Notes: generated from the letters alone by a model not told the origin. Positions 21,101 through 30,541 are shown, counted from the stretch's first letter. The stretch is DNA of 64,000 bases from a virus (IMGVR_UViG_3300025828_000016:1-64000); one strand, 5' to 3'. A program made the numbers and translations.

Positions 21101-22069
21101 TCCACCGTCCCCAGAAACATCAGGTCCGGTGCCTCCTTCTGGGGTCAAAGAAAGTATTTTTGTTGTAAAAATGTCTTTCCAAAGACCTTCGTTACCAATC
21201 CACTCTGCTAAAAATTCAGCTACGCCATTGTCTGTTTTTTCAACACCTTGTGTTCCAATGGTGACTTCTTCCGTGGTTCCATCAACAATTACTTTTTCTG
21301 GTGGCGTTCCAAGCGTTGTTGGTTCAATTAAGTCTGGATTAAAATTTATGTTATAAGTTGTCTGACTTGTACTGATTAATTTTAAAATACTTGGTTGTGC
21401 AAGAAACTCTTCTGCATTTGTAACTGTTATTTTTGCACTAGCATATGGACCTAAATCCTCTTCCACTACTGGGGCGGGTGCATTATTGGCATTACCGGCG
21501 TTCCCAACCGTTGTATTTACAGCGCCCACCTGACCGCATAGACCTGCAGCGGCACCTGGACCAAAACCTCCACCTGGGAGTTTTGCGCCACCGCCAGCGA
21601 GTGGGTTCTCGAAAAGAGGATCTTCAAAAGAATCAGTATCAGCAAAGGAAACCTTAACAGGTGCCATATATGTTGGTTCTTCGCCCTGATAATCATACCT
21701 TTTGAAGACACCTTTACGACTTGCAAGTAATTTTTCAATCAGTGCTTCAAATTCTTTTCCAGAGGGTTCAGATGGCAAAGAATCTTTGTCAATGTGATGA
21801 AGTTCTGGAACATAAACAAGACAAATAAATATATCATTTTTTATATCAGAAAAATTTTCAAAATTAGAAGAAACATAACTTGCCAAATGGGAATCAAAAA
21901 GGAAATCACCCTCCAGGTAATCTATTTTTTTTATAAAAAACCCATCAAACTCTTTTCTTGTTCTTAGAGTATTTGGTACCGCACTTTCTTGTACTACTTT
22001 TCTAACATATCCAATAGAAGAATCATTAAAACTATCGTATAGTATTGAATCTCTAGATATCCGAGACAT
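18149..22069 (-). CDS. Multidomain tail-associated hydrolase: alpha/beta-hydrolase + M15-type Zn peptidase, Pro/Thr/Gly linkers
   Basis: Hydrolase: LWLHGNGG, IFIAP, GWSGGG nucleophile elbow, YLDAD, SH. Peptidase: STRR...NHWLGLAID (H-x6-D) and EWWHFE (ExxH). Confidence 0.75.
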   Translation of the reverse strand: MSRISRDSILYDSFNDSSIGYVRKVVQESAVPNTLRTRKEFDGFFIKKIDYLEGDFLFDSHLASYVSSNFENFSDIKNDIFICLVYVPELHHIDKDSLPSEPSGKEFEALIEKLLASRKGVFKRYDYQGEEPTYMAPVKVSFADTDSFEDPLFENPLAGGGAKLPGGGFGPGAAAGLCGQVGAVNTTVGNAGNANNAPAPVVEEDLGPYASAKITVTNAEEFLAQPSILKLISTSQTTYNINFNPDLIEPTTLGTPPEKVIVDGTTEEVTIGTQGVEKTDNGVAEFLAEWIGNEGLWKDIFTTKILSLTPEGGTGPDVSGDGGTPSGNTGVIRTADCDEHMFTSKHNKYPGGKVQVFQPKNHDFGAPVDIMLWLHGNGGLGDRAKAVIDKGPGLPANENIIFIAPRMSGAPGNEGSVKNPYIESNIISDIMNQLRSKVNPTAAVTGFDDYPNIRSIRAYGWSGGGSPLSQFGSSWLRAHAHGLNPSGAFEKFKVFRYLDADYGNKDHINFAREVQNDTFGTAGREVWKRMVSWVVQTKGKPNSALSKPLEFSWAKAPEYPKKGNEERHSFLYPDGIPIYILDASHTECGWQTADIVGGATATPQASPPPQKAIVRIKQEVPGTAGNTQILFTGEGLSFVNFSKGKDVAEANAPEPAPTGDTKPPGDGTTPAPADGTTPTGTGTTPPAGGTPAPTPPAGGAAPEPTPEPTPAPAPENTNRDEELFKLLNDPSPTGALPENYVRQNPILIYKAAAAFYSGPEDVPAEIAPLMKYLTVKKHYDSLISDYYTVDPQGKEFFGGTPLEGKEEGDQAYLQIGQVFKPFLTKLKEQLEGTGTGTTPGGAASVGAPQPSATPAEPSAQEVANATPNVAQPAPAAAPGPCGSYGAPGVSGPPGSPVPLGSTPGEPGAYASAIGGIIPLTSSDYIGSDIVIREIVAVGSAGSVGGTGYGPASFAAHNTSEYGSRKWNKANGITKEIFNERNNKMYFPEGGEGSHFPAYSTPVINPNNKIGPNTPLNSVVNVSQEYMRKDVARYANAVGRELRSLGCVFYFDSTRRPLKANKDSPPGNHWLGLAIDLAPAASLTDPDQDVYVCTPDFVYKNRLYWRIYARSIGFSGIDNLIANKKVISSKKDEWYVGDSMPGNQVPHITINAAYIRKNPEDKKGKLFFRPTTGPFVDLTAIMFKHGFTPIGAKDNKGKSAPFFDFPKAKAAEYGLSEGSISQGLPLKGFPGAEWWHFEHLATNNKHTTSYDVVNRIAKEEKYLQIGRDKADDYATFEANWQKNKFKKAKPSAVNKDKRGLELYGSWW

Positions 22070-22365
22070 TATTTTTCCCCCTGAATTACGTCAAAAAGTT
22101 CTCTTTTGTCGTCTTCTGATAGTTCGACGCTGGCATCAGTTTTCTTCGCCATAATGGACGTAAGTTTTACTAATTGTTCATTGGATCTTTGTAAAGTCTC
22201 GACATACTTTGCTGCGATTAAACCAAGGTCTTTGTGAGTTTCTTGACCATTGGTTATTTCCGCAAAGACTTGTGTGAGGAGTGTAGAGGTAATATCACGA
22301 TCATCACGGATATTACTGATTGCTTCTTGAATATAATTTTCTAAATCTTTTACTGATCGTCCCAT
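22069..22365 (-). CDS. Hypothetical helical protein
   Basis: 98 aa, coupled to both neighbours. Confidence 0.7.
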   Translation of the reverse strand: MGRSVKDLENYIQEAISNIRDDRDITSTLLTQVFAEITNGQETHKDLGLIAAKYVETLQRSNEQLVKLTSIMAKKTDASVELSEDDKRELFDVIQGEK

Positions 22366-23048
22366 TCTTTTTTAAACTCCGCATACCTCTTGCGTACTTT
22401 ATTTAGAGAACTTACGACTTGTTTCGTATTTAGTCCGGTTATTTCTCTAATATACAAGTAAATAGCTTTTTTATTAAAAATTTCTATATTGTTTGCTTCG
22501 TTAAAAAGAATCTCAATCGCTTGAATTGTCTTTACTTCATTTTCTCGAAGGGGCATTTTTTTCCAAGATTGTATTTCTTTGTTCAGGTGAGAAAAGAATT
22601 CATGTTTATTTCTATCATCAATGTAGGTATTGTGAACTACGAGTTGTTGGATTGTTGTAGTATTGGATTTATCTGACTGCGAAAGAAAGTATTCTTCCAG
22701 ATGTGTTTCTCTTTTTGCTTTCTTAGAGGTCTTTTTAACCTCTGCTATAAACCAGTTCTTGGAAACGACGCTGAAGTAGGTAAATGCTTTTGATCCTTTC
22801 TCTGGGTCGAAGTTGTTGAGAACTGTAATCAACCAGTTCTTACAGTCGTCTTTGAGAGAATCAATATTAGGGAGAGAAGTGAACTTGTAGGTGTAGACAA
22901 TCTTGTCCACCATTTCATCAAACACTGGTCCGATGAATTCTTTATAAAGTTCATTACGACGCTTGGGATTTTGCGTAGAACAATATTCTACAATAGCATC
23001 TTGGTGTTCTTTTCTAAAATAATGGTTTTTAGTTCTCTTCCTCGCCAT
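22350..23048 (-). CDS. Phage sigma factor (sigma70 region-2-like; T4 gp55-type late sigma)
   Basis: DDCKNWLITVLNNFDPEKGSKAFTYFSVVSKNWF matches the sigma region-2 FDP..G..F.TY motif. Also has a C-terminal HTH-like segment (YLYIREITGLNTKQVVSSLNK). Confidence 0.75.
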   Translation of the reverse strand: MARKRTKNHYFRKEHQDAIVEYCSTQNPKRRNELYKEFIGPVFDEMVDKIVYTYKFTSLPNIDSLKDDCKNWLITVLNNFDPEKGSKAFTYFSVVSKNWFIAEVKKTSKKAKRETHLEEYFLSQSDKSNTTTIQQLVVHNTYIDDRNKHEFFSHLNKEIQSWKKMPLRENEVKTIQAIEILFNEANNIEIFNKKAIYLYIREITGLNTKQVVSSLNKVRKRYAEFKKEWDDQ

Positions 23049-23319
23049 AGTCTTCTTCCTCTTGTCTTAGGACACGCTGAAAACTTTGGCATTCCTCCAC
23101 GAGTGCTTTTGAGTGACGAAGTAAATTACCAAGGGTTTCGTCACCATAAAAACGTTCAAGACCGTGAACTATGTCTATATGGTTTTGATATTCTTCTAGA
23201 GTTTCGCTGAATTTATCCAACTCTTCTTGAAAGGTTAAGAACCTTCTTAATAGTTGTGTAATATACCAGATAAAAACTATGTTGAGAATAACTGAGAGGG
23301 CCAAGAAAAGGTGTGTCAT
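23029..23319 (-). CDS. Small membrane-anchored coiled-coil protein
   Basis: N-terminal hydrophobic helix LFLALSVILNIVFIWYI. Confidence 0.65.
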   Translation of the reverse strand: MTHLFLALSVILNIVFIWYITQLLRRFLTFQEELDKFSETLEEYQNHIDIVHGLERFYGDETLGNLLRHSKALVEECQSFQRVLRQEEEDYGEEEN

Positions 23320-23564
23320 CTGCTACTATCTAGTTCCTTTTTTTGATTTTTGAGATCTTCTTTTGAGTTCTCAATAAATTCTTTGGTTAAATCGCCAGTT
23401 TTCTTTGCTTTTTCTTGTTTATTTCCACTGTAAGAAAAGTCTGATGGTTTTCTTGCGATATTTTTAGAATCGCACCAAGAGCAATTTTCTATAGTTTCGC
23501 ACATTAAGTGGCTTGTTTTCCACTCGCCTAAACAATCTCCACATTGATAAACATAAATTGGCAA
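23316..23564 (-). CDS. FmdB-like zinc-ribbon protein
   Basis: MPIYVYQCGDC...CSWC; GGAGG RBS. Confidence 0.8.
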   Translation of the reverse strand: MPIYVYQCGDCLGEWKTSHLMCETIENCSWCDSKNIARKPSDFSYSGNKQEKAKKTGDLTKEFIENSKEDLKNQKKELDSSR

Positions 23565-23580
23565 TTTAAAACCCTCCTAG

Positions 23581-23802
23581 TTACTTTGGTTGATCTGCGA
23601 TAACATCCCAATCATGAGATGTTTCTTCATTAACTTTAACTAGTGGTGGATTCAAAACAACAAGACCTTCTGGTGAATTGGTCATTTTAAAACCTTCTAA
23701 AACTGGAACAATATCAGATTGCTCCATTAGGGATTTTTGTAGTGCCATCATAAGAGCGCCAATTGCTTGCTTTGATAAATTTGTGTGTTGTACGTCAGTC
23801 AT
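23581..23802 (-). CDS. Hypothetical protein (start moved to ATG 23802)
   Basis: AAAGGAG RBS precedes MTDVQHTNLSKQAIGALMMALQK. Confidence 0.7.
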   Translation of the reverse strand: MTDVQHTNLSKQAIGALMMALQKSLMEQSDIVPVLEGFKMTNSPEGLVVLNPPLVKVNEETSHDWDVIADQPK

Positions 23803-23803
23803 A

Positions 23804-24613
23804 TTATTTACTCCTTTGAGTGTTATTAAACTCAATTGATTTTTCAAGCATTTCAAACATTATATCTTGTTTTTTTGAAAAGTTTAATAACTCTGTGGAA
23901 TCTTTTGGTAAGCATTTTCCACCATAACCAAATTTTCCGTCTGGACCAGGGACCATTGTATGTTGTTCCCCAACCCATTCTGCTCTAGCAAAATGCTTTC
24001 TAAAGTTAGAATAATCAATATCTTTCTTCTCACAAAGGTTAAAAATATGGTTACAATAAGAAACTTTTAAACTATAAAACGTGTTTCTAGCTAATTTGAG
24101 TAGTTCTATCTCTTCCCACTTTTCAGTCTCAAAAAATTGTATATTTTTATTATTATGGTGATTATAAAATTTAGAGTATAACTCTTTGACTTTTTGTGTG
24201 TGTTCTTTTGGTCCTGATAGGTATAATTCTGTTTCATTGACAAAATCTTGCATTGCAGTTCTTTCGGTAAGAAACTCTGGATTGAATACAATATTGTCTA
24301 AATTATACTTCTTAGACAACATATCACATGTGCCCACAGGAATTGTGGACTTAATAACAATGGTGGAGGAATGATTATTTAATTCCTTATAACGAACCAA
24401 GCACTCTTCTAAAATAGAAGTATTCAATGTTCCATTTTGCAAATCTGTTGGAACATTTACAAAAATAATATCACAATTATAAGTTTTCACTATATGATCT
24501 GTTGAATTATAATTTTGATTATTTGGATCATATATCTGCAAATTGGCTACGACAGAAAGTTGACTTACTGCCTTACCAACAAATCCAAACCCAACAATGC
24601 CTACATCATTCAT
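23804..24613 (-). CDS. ugd: UDP-glucose/GDP-mannose 6-dehydrogenase family (short form)
   Basis: GIVGFGFVG Rossmann motif, IVIKSTIPVGT, FNPEFL, catalytic GYGGKCLPKD. Confidence 0.88.
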   Translation of the reverse strand: MNDVGIVGFGFVGKAVSQLSVVANLQIYDPNNQNYNSTDHIVKTYNCDIIFVNVPTDLQNGTLNTSILEECLVRYKELNNHSSTIVIKSTIPVGTCDMLSKKYNLDNIVFNPEFLTERTAMQDFVNETELYLSGPKEHTQKVKELYSKFYNHHNNKNIQFFETEKWEEIELLKLARNTFYSLKVSYCNHIFNLCEKKDIDYSNFRKHFARAEWVGEQHTMVPGPDGKFGYGGKCLPKDSTELLNFSKKQDIMFEMLEKSIEFNNTQRSK

Positions 24614-25409
24614 GCCACAACTCTCTATTTAAAAATTTACATTTGTTTTTATTCCAAAGATTGTTTTTGTAAAAATGCCATTTATAAAGACAATGATTAT
24701 TTAAACAATAATCCTCCGTATATCTATACAATTTTGAACTTTTGTTTTGCTTATCTTTAAGAAATTCATTTGAAAACCAATCGTCCGCGTTGGTGTCAAA
24801 ACATCCTTTCATCATTTCATTAATGTACTCGCTATCTTTTGACAAATAGTTTAATACATGATCAAATAAATTACAAACTATACTTATATTGTGTGAGTTA
24901 CCATAAAACCAATGATCTGACAATCCTGCGTTTATTTGACTCCAATATGCACTATACACGCTATCCATTTCTAAAGTTGGATCAAAATCTATGTAACTGG
25001 TTTTATTTTTACCGTGATTGTGATAACCAACATCAAATCTACTAGTAACTACGCAATCATATTTTTTACCAGTTTCTGACTCATAAAGCAACCTTAAGTC
25101 GTTACTTTTTTTTCTAGTGTAGAGAAAACTCAAAGTTTTAAATATATCGCCTCGACTACCACTAAATCTACTCATATCAAGTTGAGCGATCTTGTTTTCA
25201 AAAAGTAATTGCTCTTGAAAGATCATTTTTTTTGGATTAAAAAGATCAATAGTTTCTTTCTCCAAAGACTTATCCCAGCAGTGAATAAACACATCAGGTT
25301 TATGCACCATAACTTGATCAAAAAGATGTTTATAATTTTCTTTTTGACCTTGACCGGCGTATATAGTGCTACCTTTGGGATAACCAAATAGACATAAAGC
25401 AATATTCAT
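24606..25409 (-). CDS. Glycosyltransferase-like protein
   Basis: IALCLFG, VFIHCWD, YDCVVTSRFD and LSDHWFYG pattern seen in capsule-locus proteins; cluster context. Confidence 0.55.
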   Translation of the reverse strand: MNIALCLFGYPKGSTIYAGQGQKENYKHLFDQVMVHKPDVFIHCWDKSLEKETIDLFNPKKMIFQEQLLFENKIAQLDMSRFSGSRGDIFKTLSFLYTRKKSNDLRLLYESETGKKYDCVVTSRFDVGYHNHGKNKTSYIDFDPTLEMDSVYSAYWSQINAGLSDHWFYGNSHNISIVCNLFDHVLNYLSKDSEYINEMMKGCFDTNADDWFSNEFLKDKQNKSSKLYRYTEDYCLNNHCLYKWHFYKNNLWNKNKCKFLNRELWHE

Positions 25410-25413
25410 ATTT

Positions 25414-26151
25414 TTAACTGTGTAATTTTACTTGTTCGTCATACCATTCGGACTCTTCTTTATAAATGTCTTGTTCTTGCAAATCATCATGATCAAAATT
25501 AATAATACCGCCGAAGCTTTTTGCAAATGATCGTTTTACAAGAAAAGCCATACCAATTCTACAATATGGTTGAGTGCCGGGACCGCCTCCAAAGGGCAAA
25601 TTAATGATGTCAAAAGTCCCATCGTTAAACTCTTTATACAGATCTAAAACAAATTTTCTGGGACCAGTATGAGAAAAAGTATCATGAAAGACGATTGTTC
25701 CCTCTGGTGATAAAAGTGGATACACTTTTAAAAAATCATTTTTTGTTCCTTCATATGAATGACACCCATCAATGAAAGCAAAATCAATTTCTCCACCGGT
25801 ATCTTCGCGTAATATATTAGAAAACTCATCACTTCTTGTGTCAACTTTTGTTAACTTAAAAGTGTCTTCATCATATCCTCGACTAATTAATCCACTTCTT
25901 ATAGTATTTATATCAGGAGTAATTGGTATTTTTCCACCCGAATAAGCACCGATTGGACCAAAAAAATCATATCCATAAACTTTTCCACCAATTTTAGAAG
26001 CAACTTTACACAATTCATGTGTGGTGTTACCATATTGCACACCTATTTCTACTATAGTTTTATAATTGCAAAAATCAATATAACTTGATAAAAGAGGAGC
26101 CCAATTGATGTCTGGATTTATATCCTTATCGTTATTGTTTTTAAGTTTCAT
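25414..26151 (-). CDS. Class I SAM-dependent methyltransferase (Methyltransf_24-like)
   Basis: IVEIGVQYG, DFAFIDGCHSYEG, GTIVFHD. Confidence 0.88.
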   Translation of the reverse strand: MKLKNNNDKDINPDINWAPLLSSYIDFCNYKTIVEIGVQYGNTTHELCKVASKIGGKVYGYDFFGPIGAYSGGKIPITPDINTIRSGLISRGYDEDTFKLTKVDTRSDEFSNILREDTGGEIDFAFIDGCHSYEGTKNDFLKVYPLLSPEGTIVFHDTFSHTGPRKFVLDLYKEFNDGTFDIINLPFGGGPGTQPYCRIGMAFLVKRSFAKSFGGIINFDHDDLQEQDIYKEESEWYDEQVKLHS

Positions 26152-26177
26152 TTTTATTATATTCTTTGTCTTGCAAC

Positions 26178-26870
26178 TTATAAAATTAAATTAGCGCCGT
26201 CCATATGAAAATCATATGAAGTTTTTACAGAAAAATCATGAAGCGATACTCCAATCCTATTCATCTTATCATAGACATCCTTTGGTACAGTAATGATATC
26301 GCATCCACTTTTTTCAGCGTGTAGGATATCTAGAACTCTTTGACAACCAGCCCACAAAATTTTTACATTATCATTATTTCTAAATTTAGAAACTGCGTAA
26401 TTTACAATATCAAAAGGATCAGCACCAACATCGCCAATTCTACCACAAAAAATAGAAACTATAGTCATTTTATCCGAGGTGTTTAAAAATTCTAAATTAT
26501 CAATTTGATCTTTTGTATAAACGCATGTGGTATTAATATTTAATTTTTTATCCAGAACCATTTCTTTTACTAAACCTGTAAAATCTTCTCCATATGGTCC
26601 AACAACTGGTATTTTAACAAATACTTCTTCCCCAAAAGAAGATATTTTTAGTGCTTGTTCTCGACATTCGTCTAAAGTTTCACCAAAAACTTGAAATGAA
26701 ACAGGTTTTTTATTAACATTCAGTTCTACAGTTTTTTCTATAAACGACTCATAGTCTGTAATTTTTGATTTTTTAAGAAAACCAATATTAGTTGTTACGC
26801 CATCTGCGGTATTTATATATTCTTCAATATAGTCACTTCCATCATAATAGATATCAATTTTACTTTTCAT
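26178..26870 (-). CDS. Transaldolase/FSA family protein (polysaccharide-locus type)
   Basis: YYDG, GVTTN, VFVKIP (Schiff-base Lys), SIFCGRIGD, KILWA, GCDIITVP. GGAGAG RBS before ATG 26870. Confidence 0.85.
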   Translation of the reverse strand: MKSKIDIYYDGSDYIEEYINTADGVTTNIGFLKKSKITDYESFIEKTVELNVNKKPVSFQVFGETLDECREQALKISSFGEEVFVKIPVVGPYGEDFTGLVKEMVLDKKLNINTTCVYTKDQIDNLEFLNTSDKMTIVSIFCGRIGDVGADPFDIVNYAVSKFRNNDNVKILWAGCQRVLDILHAEKSGCDIITVPKDVYDKMNRIGVSLHDFSVKTSYDFHMDGANLIL

Positions 26871-28935
26871 TGAACTCTCCATCTCTAAAGTTTAATTTAT
26901 TTAACCATGCGGTTGCCATTAATAAGGCAAATATACCATGATCTCTTCCCATTTTTAATCTAAAAGGCGTAAATCGTATGAAATAGGTTGACATATAAAA
27001 AATGCAATCTTCAATCGTATCGCTGGTATACGGAAGGATTGATTTTATTAATTCCAATGAGTCGCTAGTTGCCTCGAACCAACGAGAGTCGCATATAAAG
27101 TTATCTCCATCTATGAATATTTCTGGATCAATTAAGTTCCATTCAGAATATCTAGCCAAGATTGATTGAGATAGTTTCCCCAAATCAAGTTTGTGAGTAT
27201 CCATATATTTAGAACCATCCATATCAATTAATTTATAAGTATCATTAATTATATTGTATAAAATATTCTCTAATGTTAGATCTCCATGTACTGGTGTTAA
27301 TCTTGAAGGGGCAAACTTTAAAATAGATGTGGAATTAAAAACGTGTTTTAAATTTTTGTGTGCAACACCATTTATTTTCAACTCGTCTGAACTAATAATC
27401 TTTTTCATATCTTTATCTTTAGACGAAAAAAGATTGAGTTTTTTGATAATTTTTTCGTCTATAAAGTTATTGAATGTATCTTTAGATTGTTGTGGTGTTA
27501 AATCTTTTCCGTAGCAATATACATTTTCTTTTAATTTATTTATTATCCTTCCTAGTACTTGCTTTTTTGTATTCTTTGGAAAATTATCTAATTTATAAAA
27601 GTTTTCCAAATACTCCATGTCATAATAGCATTGTAAATTATTTTCTACTAAACATAAAGTCTCTGGACATATATTGTTAATAAAAAAGTTAAATCTTTCT
27701 AGGTCTTTAAACTGTCTTTTTAGAGTATTAATATGTTTATCACTATCTACAATATTTTTGTTTACGCATTTTCTAATAAATTTTTTTCCTGACCCATCCT
27801 CAATTAAGAATGTTGAAGCGCCGGAATTGGCGCTTAAGTCTTTTAAAATTTTCTGCTCATTTGAATTTAAAATACCACTTATGTTAACTTCTAATGGTTC
27901 ATTTCTAAAATTTTCAAATGAATTTGCTTGAGTTGTAAAAGGTTTTGATGGTTTCCTATCATTTACTAAAAATCTAGGTCCAGACGCCAATCCAGTAACC
28001 AAATGATCATAAGGTATATTTAACTCTTTCAAAAGATTAATAAATTCTTTTTTATATTTAGTACTTCTAGCTGTCGTTAATACTATTTTATGTTTATCTT
28101 GCTTTAATTGTCTTAAGAAATTTATATTGTCCTTAAGGGGAGTATTATCATCTAAAACGTTAGTTGAATTATCTTTGTGTTTAAGTAACACACCGTCTAC
28201 ATCAAAGAAAAATGAACATTCATTTCTTCTTTTCTCGATGCAATTCTGTAGCATCTCGGGATCTCCAAAAAAATAAGCATCATTTATTTTTGAAAAAGTT
28301 ACAGGATCATCGGATAGAAAAATATCTTTTATAACATCAGAAACGTATTCATTGAGTTTATCATTTTTAAATCTTCCAAGGTCAGGAAAATATATACAAC
28401 CTAAGATTCCCCAGACTTCAAACATGTTAAAATCAACGCTTTGTTTTTCTAAAATATCTACTATTTTATCATCTTTTAATATAATTTTAGACCAATTGTT
28501 GCTTTCACTTTCTGATATTTCCCAAACAGGCACAACAACCTTTTTGAATTTAACTTCTAGCATTTTTTCAAATAAATTATCAACATTTATTTTATGATCG
28601 CAATCGCACACAATCGCATTACTAATGTTTTGTTTTTTTAATGCCTCACAAATTGTATTCCTTGGTCCTTTTGTTTTTGTATTAATGACAATGTTCTTTA
28701 TTTTTTCACCCTCAAAGAGAATATTTTTTTCTAGATAAGAAGACACATTATAATCCTCTTCTTGATCTCTTCTGAAAATAAAATAAACATTATCAATGTA
28801 ATCTTTCCACTTATAAAAAGGTTCAACTGCTTGCTCTATAAATGTTTGATCACCAAGTTTCATAAAAGGTTTAAATTTATAATCAAATCTACTACCTTCT
28901 CCTGCCATCAAAAAAACAACATTTGTTTTAGTCAT
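26860..28935 (-). CDS. Trifunctional fusion: NTP-transferase + HAD phosphatase + APH/choline-kinase-like phosphotransferase
   Basis: LMAGEGSRF..KP (NTP transferase); FFDVDGVL...LTTAR...VNDR (HAD); HGDLTLENI...LIDM (kinase). Confidence 0.85.
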   Translation of the reverse strand: MTKTNVVFLMAGEGSRFDYKFKPFMKLGDQTFIEQAVEPFYKWKDYIDNVYFIFRRDQEEDYNVSSYLEKNILFEGEKIKNIVINTKTKGPRNTICEALKKQNISNAIVCDCDHKINVDNLFEKMLEVKFKKVVVPVWEISESESNNWSKIILKDDKIVDILEKQSVDFNMFEVWGILGCIYFPDLGRFKNDKLNEYVSDVIKDIFLSDDPVTFSKINDAYFFGDPEMLQNCIEKRRNECSFFFDVDGVLLKHKDNSTNVLDDNTPLKDNINFLRQLKQDKHKIVLTTARSTKYKKEFINLLKELNIPYDHLVTGLASGPRFLVNDRKPSKPFTTQANSFENFRNEPLEVNISGILNSNEQKILKDLSANSGASTFLIEDGSGKKFIRKCVNKNIVDSDKHINTLKRQFKDLERFNFFINNICPETLCLVENNLQCYYDMEYLENFYKLDNFPKNTKKQVLGRIINKLKENVYCYGKDLTPQQSKDTFNNFIDEKIIKKLNLFSSKDKDMKKIISSDELKINGVAHKNLKHVFNSTSILKFAPSRLTPVHGDLTLENILYNIINDTYKLIDMDGSKYMDTHKLDLGKLSQSILARYSEWNLIDPEIFIDGDNFICDSRWFEATSDSLELIKSILPYTSDTIEDCIFYMSTYFIRFTPFRLKMGRDHGIFALLMATAWLNKLNFRDGEFNEK

Positions 28936-30526
28936 CTAATTTACTCACAAGAATACCAAAATCAGCAAAGTATAAGTAATCAATATCTGTATTTAAAAAA
29001 CAATTAAGTGCATGTTCTGGTGTTTCAACAATCGGTTCACGGTCATTGAAACTAGTATTTAACACAATCGGAACTCCAGACACTTCTTCCCATGTTTTTA
29101 AAAAATCATAATACCATTTATTATCATTTTCAGTTACAGTTTGTAATCTTGCAGTTCCATCAAAGTGAACAACTGCTGGAACTTTATCTTTCACCTCATC
29201 TTTAAAAGGCACTACAAAAGACATATAAGGACTTGATATATCATATTTAAACCAATCAGAAACTCTTTCTCTTAAAATAGATGGTGCAAAAGGTCTAAAC
29301 CACTGTCTATGCTTTACTTTTTCATTAATAATGTCCTTCATATCTGGATTTCTTGGATCTGCTAAAATACTTCTGTTTCCAAGTGCTCGACGACCAGATT
29401 CTGACCCGCCACTAAATACAGAAACAATATTAGACTGAGATAGCAATTCAGCAACATCTTTTTTTGTTGCTTCTGTCGTTTTTACTACATCGGATTTTTC
29501 TTGAATTGCTGCTGTTACTTGTTCTTCGCTATAAGAGAAACCCAAATATGGGGTAAAATTATCTTCCCAAACGATTCTGGGATTTCCTAAATGTTGATGC
29601 CAAACGTATTGCGCTGCTCCGATTGCAAGACCAGCGTCATAAGGAACAGGGCACACATAAACTTTTTCAAAATTATCTTTATACCAATCGAAAGTTAGTT
29701 TTCCTGTCATAACCGAGTTTAATACAACCCCACCAGATAAACATAAATTTTTTGATTTTGTATTCTTAACAAACGGATCTAATATTTCTTTTAAAATAAC
29801 TTCTGTTGACTTTTGCAGTGCCGCAGCAACATTAAACCTTCCCTCTTCAGAGGAATCTGCAATTAATTTAAATTTTTCAAAATCAAAAAACTTTTGACTT
29901 GGATGGGCACAGCGATGATTATAAAATTCATCATAATATACATCTGGATCGCCCATGCAAGCCATTGCCATTACAGTGCCACATTGATTTCCCTTTGGAT
30001 AACCTTTTGACAATCCAAAAATCTTTTCAGTACAAGAAGACCACATTGTTCCAATATTAATTTGAGATTCTTCAATAATTTCGATTTCTTCTATTTTGTT
30101 GTCTTTACCTTCCCAAACTGTAATAGTTCCAGCAGCGGCATACCCATTCTTCATATCCCTGCCGCCGCCGTCAATAGTAATAATCAAAGCATCTTCTAAA
30201 TTACTAGAAAAAAATGCATTCGCAGCGTGCGATTTGTGATGACCAACAACAAATAACTTACCATTGTTTTTTTCTGCGAGGTCTTTCATTCTTTCCCACG
30301 ATTCAGGGTACCACTTACTAGGACCGCCGTCCCAAGTATCTAAAGGGTGTGCAAAATATTGAATGTCTTTATAATCATCGTATTCCTCAGTTAAGAATTT
30401 AAAAGCATCACCTTTGGGTTCTTTAAGTCTAATATATCTTTCTAATTCAGCATGTACGATTGGTTTTCCATCTTCTAAAACAGCAAACGAACAATCGTGA
30501 CTAGAAATTACCCCTGCAATTTTCAT
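28928..30526 (-). CDS. Carbamoyltransferase (NodU/CmcH/TobZ family)
   Basis: HDCS, ELERYIRLK, HHKSHAANAF, IDGGG, LSGGVVLNS, GRRALGNRSILADP, KHRQWFRPFAPS, VHFDGTARLQTV, LNTSFN. Confidence 0.95.
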   Translation of the reverse strand: MKIAGVISSHDCSFAVLEDGKPIVHAELERYIRLKEPKGDAFKFLTEEYDDYKDIQYFAHPLDTWDGGPSKWYPESWERMKDLAEKNNGKLFVVGHHKSHAANAFFSSNLEDALIITIDGGGRDMKNGYAAAGTITVWEGKDNKIEEIEIIEESQINIGTMWSSCTEKIFGLSKGYPKGNQCGTVMAMACMGDPDVYYDEFYNHRCAHPSQKFFDFEKFKLIADSSEEGRFNVAAALQKSTEVILKEILDPFVKNTKSKNLCLSGGVVLNSVMTGKLTFDWYKDNFEKVYVCPVPYDAGLAIGAAQYVWHQHLGNPRIVWEDNFTPYLGFSYSEEQVTAAIQEKSDVVKTTEATKKDVAELLSQSNIVSVFSGGSESGRRALGNRSILADPRNPDMKDIINEKVKHRQWFRPFAPSILRERVSDWFKYDISSPYMSFVVPFKDEVKDKVPAVVHFDGTARLQTVTENDNKWYYDFLKTWEEVSGVPIVLNTSFNDREPIVETPEHALNCFLNTDIDYLYFADFGILVSKLDD

Positions 30527-30541
30527 TTGTTTTTTCCTCTT

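Noticed and set aside
10242-21738. Many + strand and alternate-frame ORFs (e.g. 14505..14963, 19944..20318)
   Set aside because: They lie antisense to or inside long genes, mirror low-complexity repeats and have no RBS.
9794-22069. Bacterial contractile injection system (T6SS/eCIS/tailocin) instead of a phage
   Set aside because: The gp6-type wedge, gp55-like sigma, phoH and dense small phage-type ORFs, with no host housekeeping context, indicate a large phage.
26178-26870. Cyanophage-type talC photosynthesis/pentose-phosphate AMG
   Set aside because: It is embedded in and coupled to a sugar-nucleotide cluster, with no psbA, zwf, gnd or cp12 in the window.
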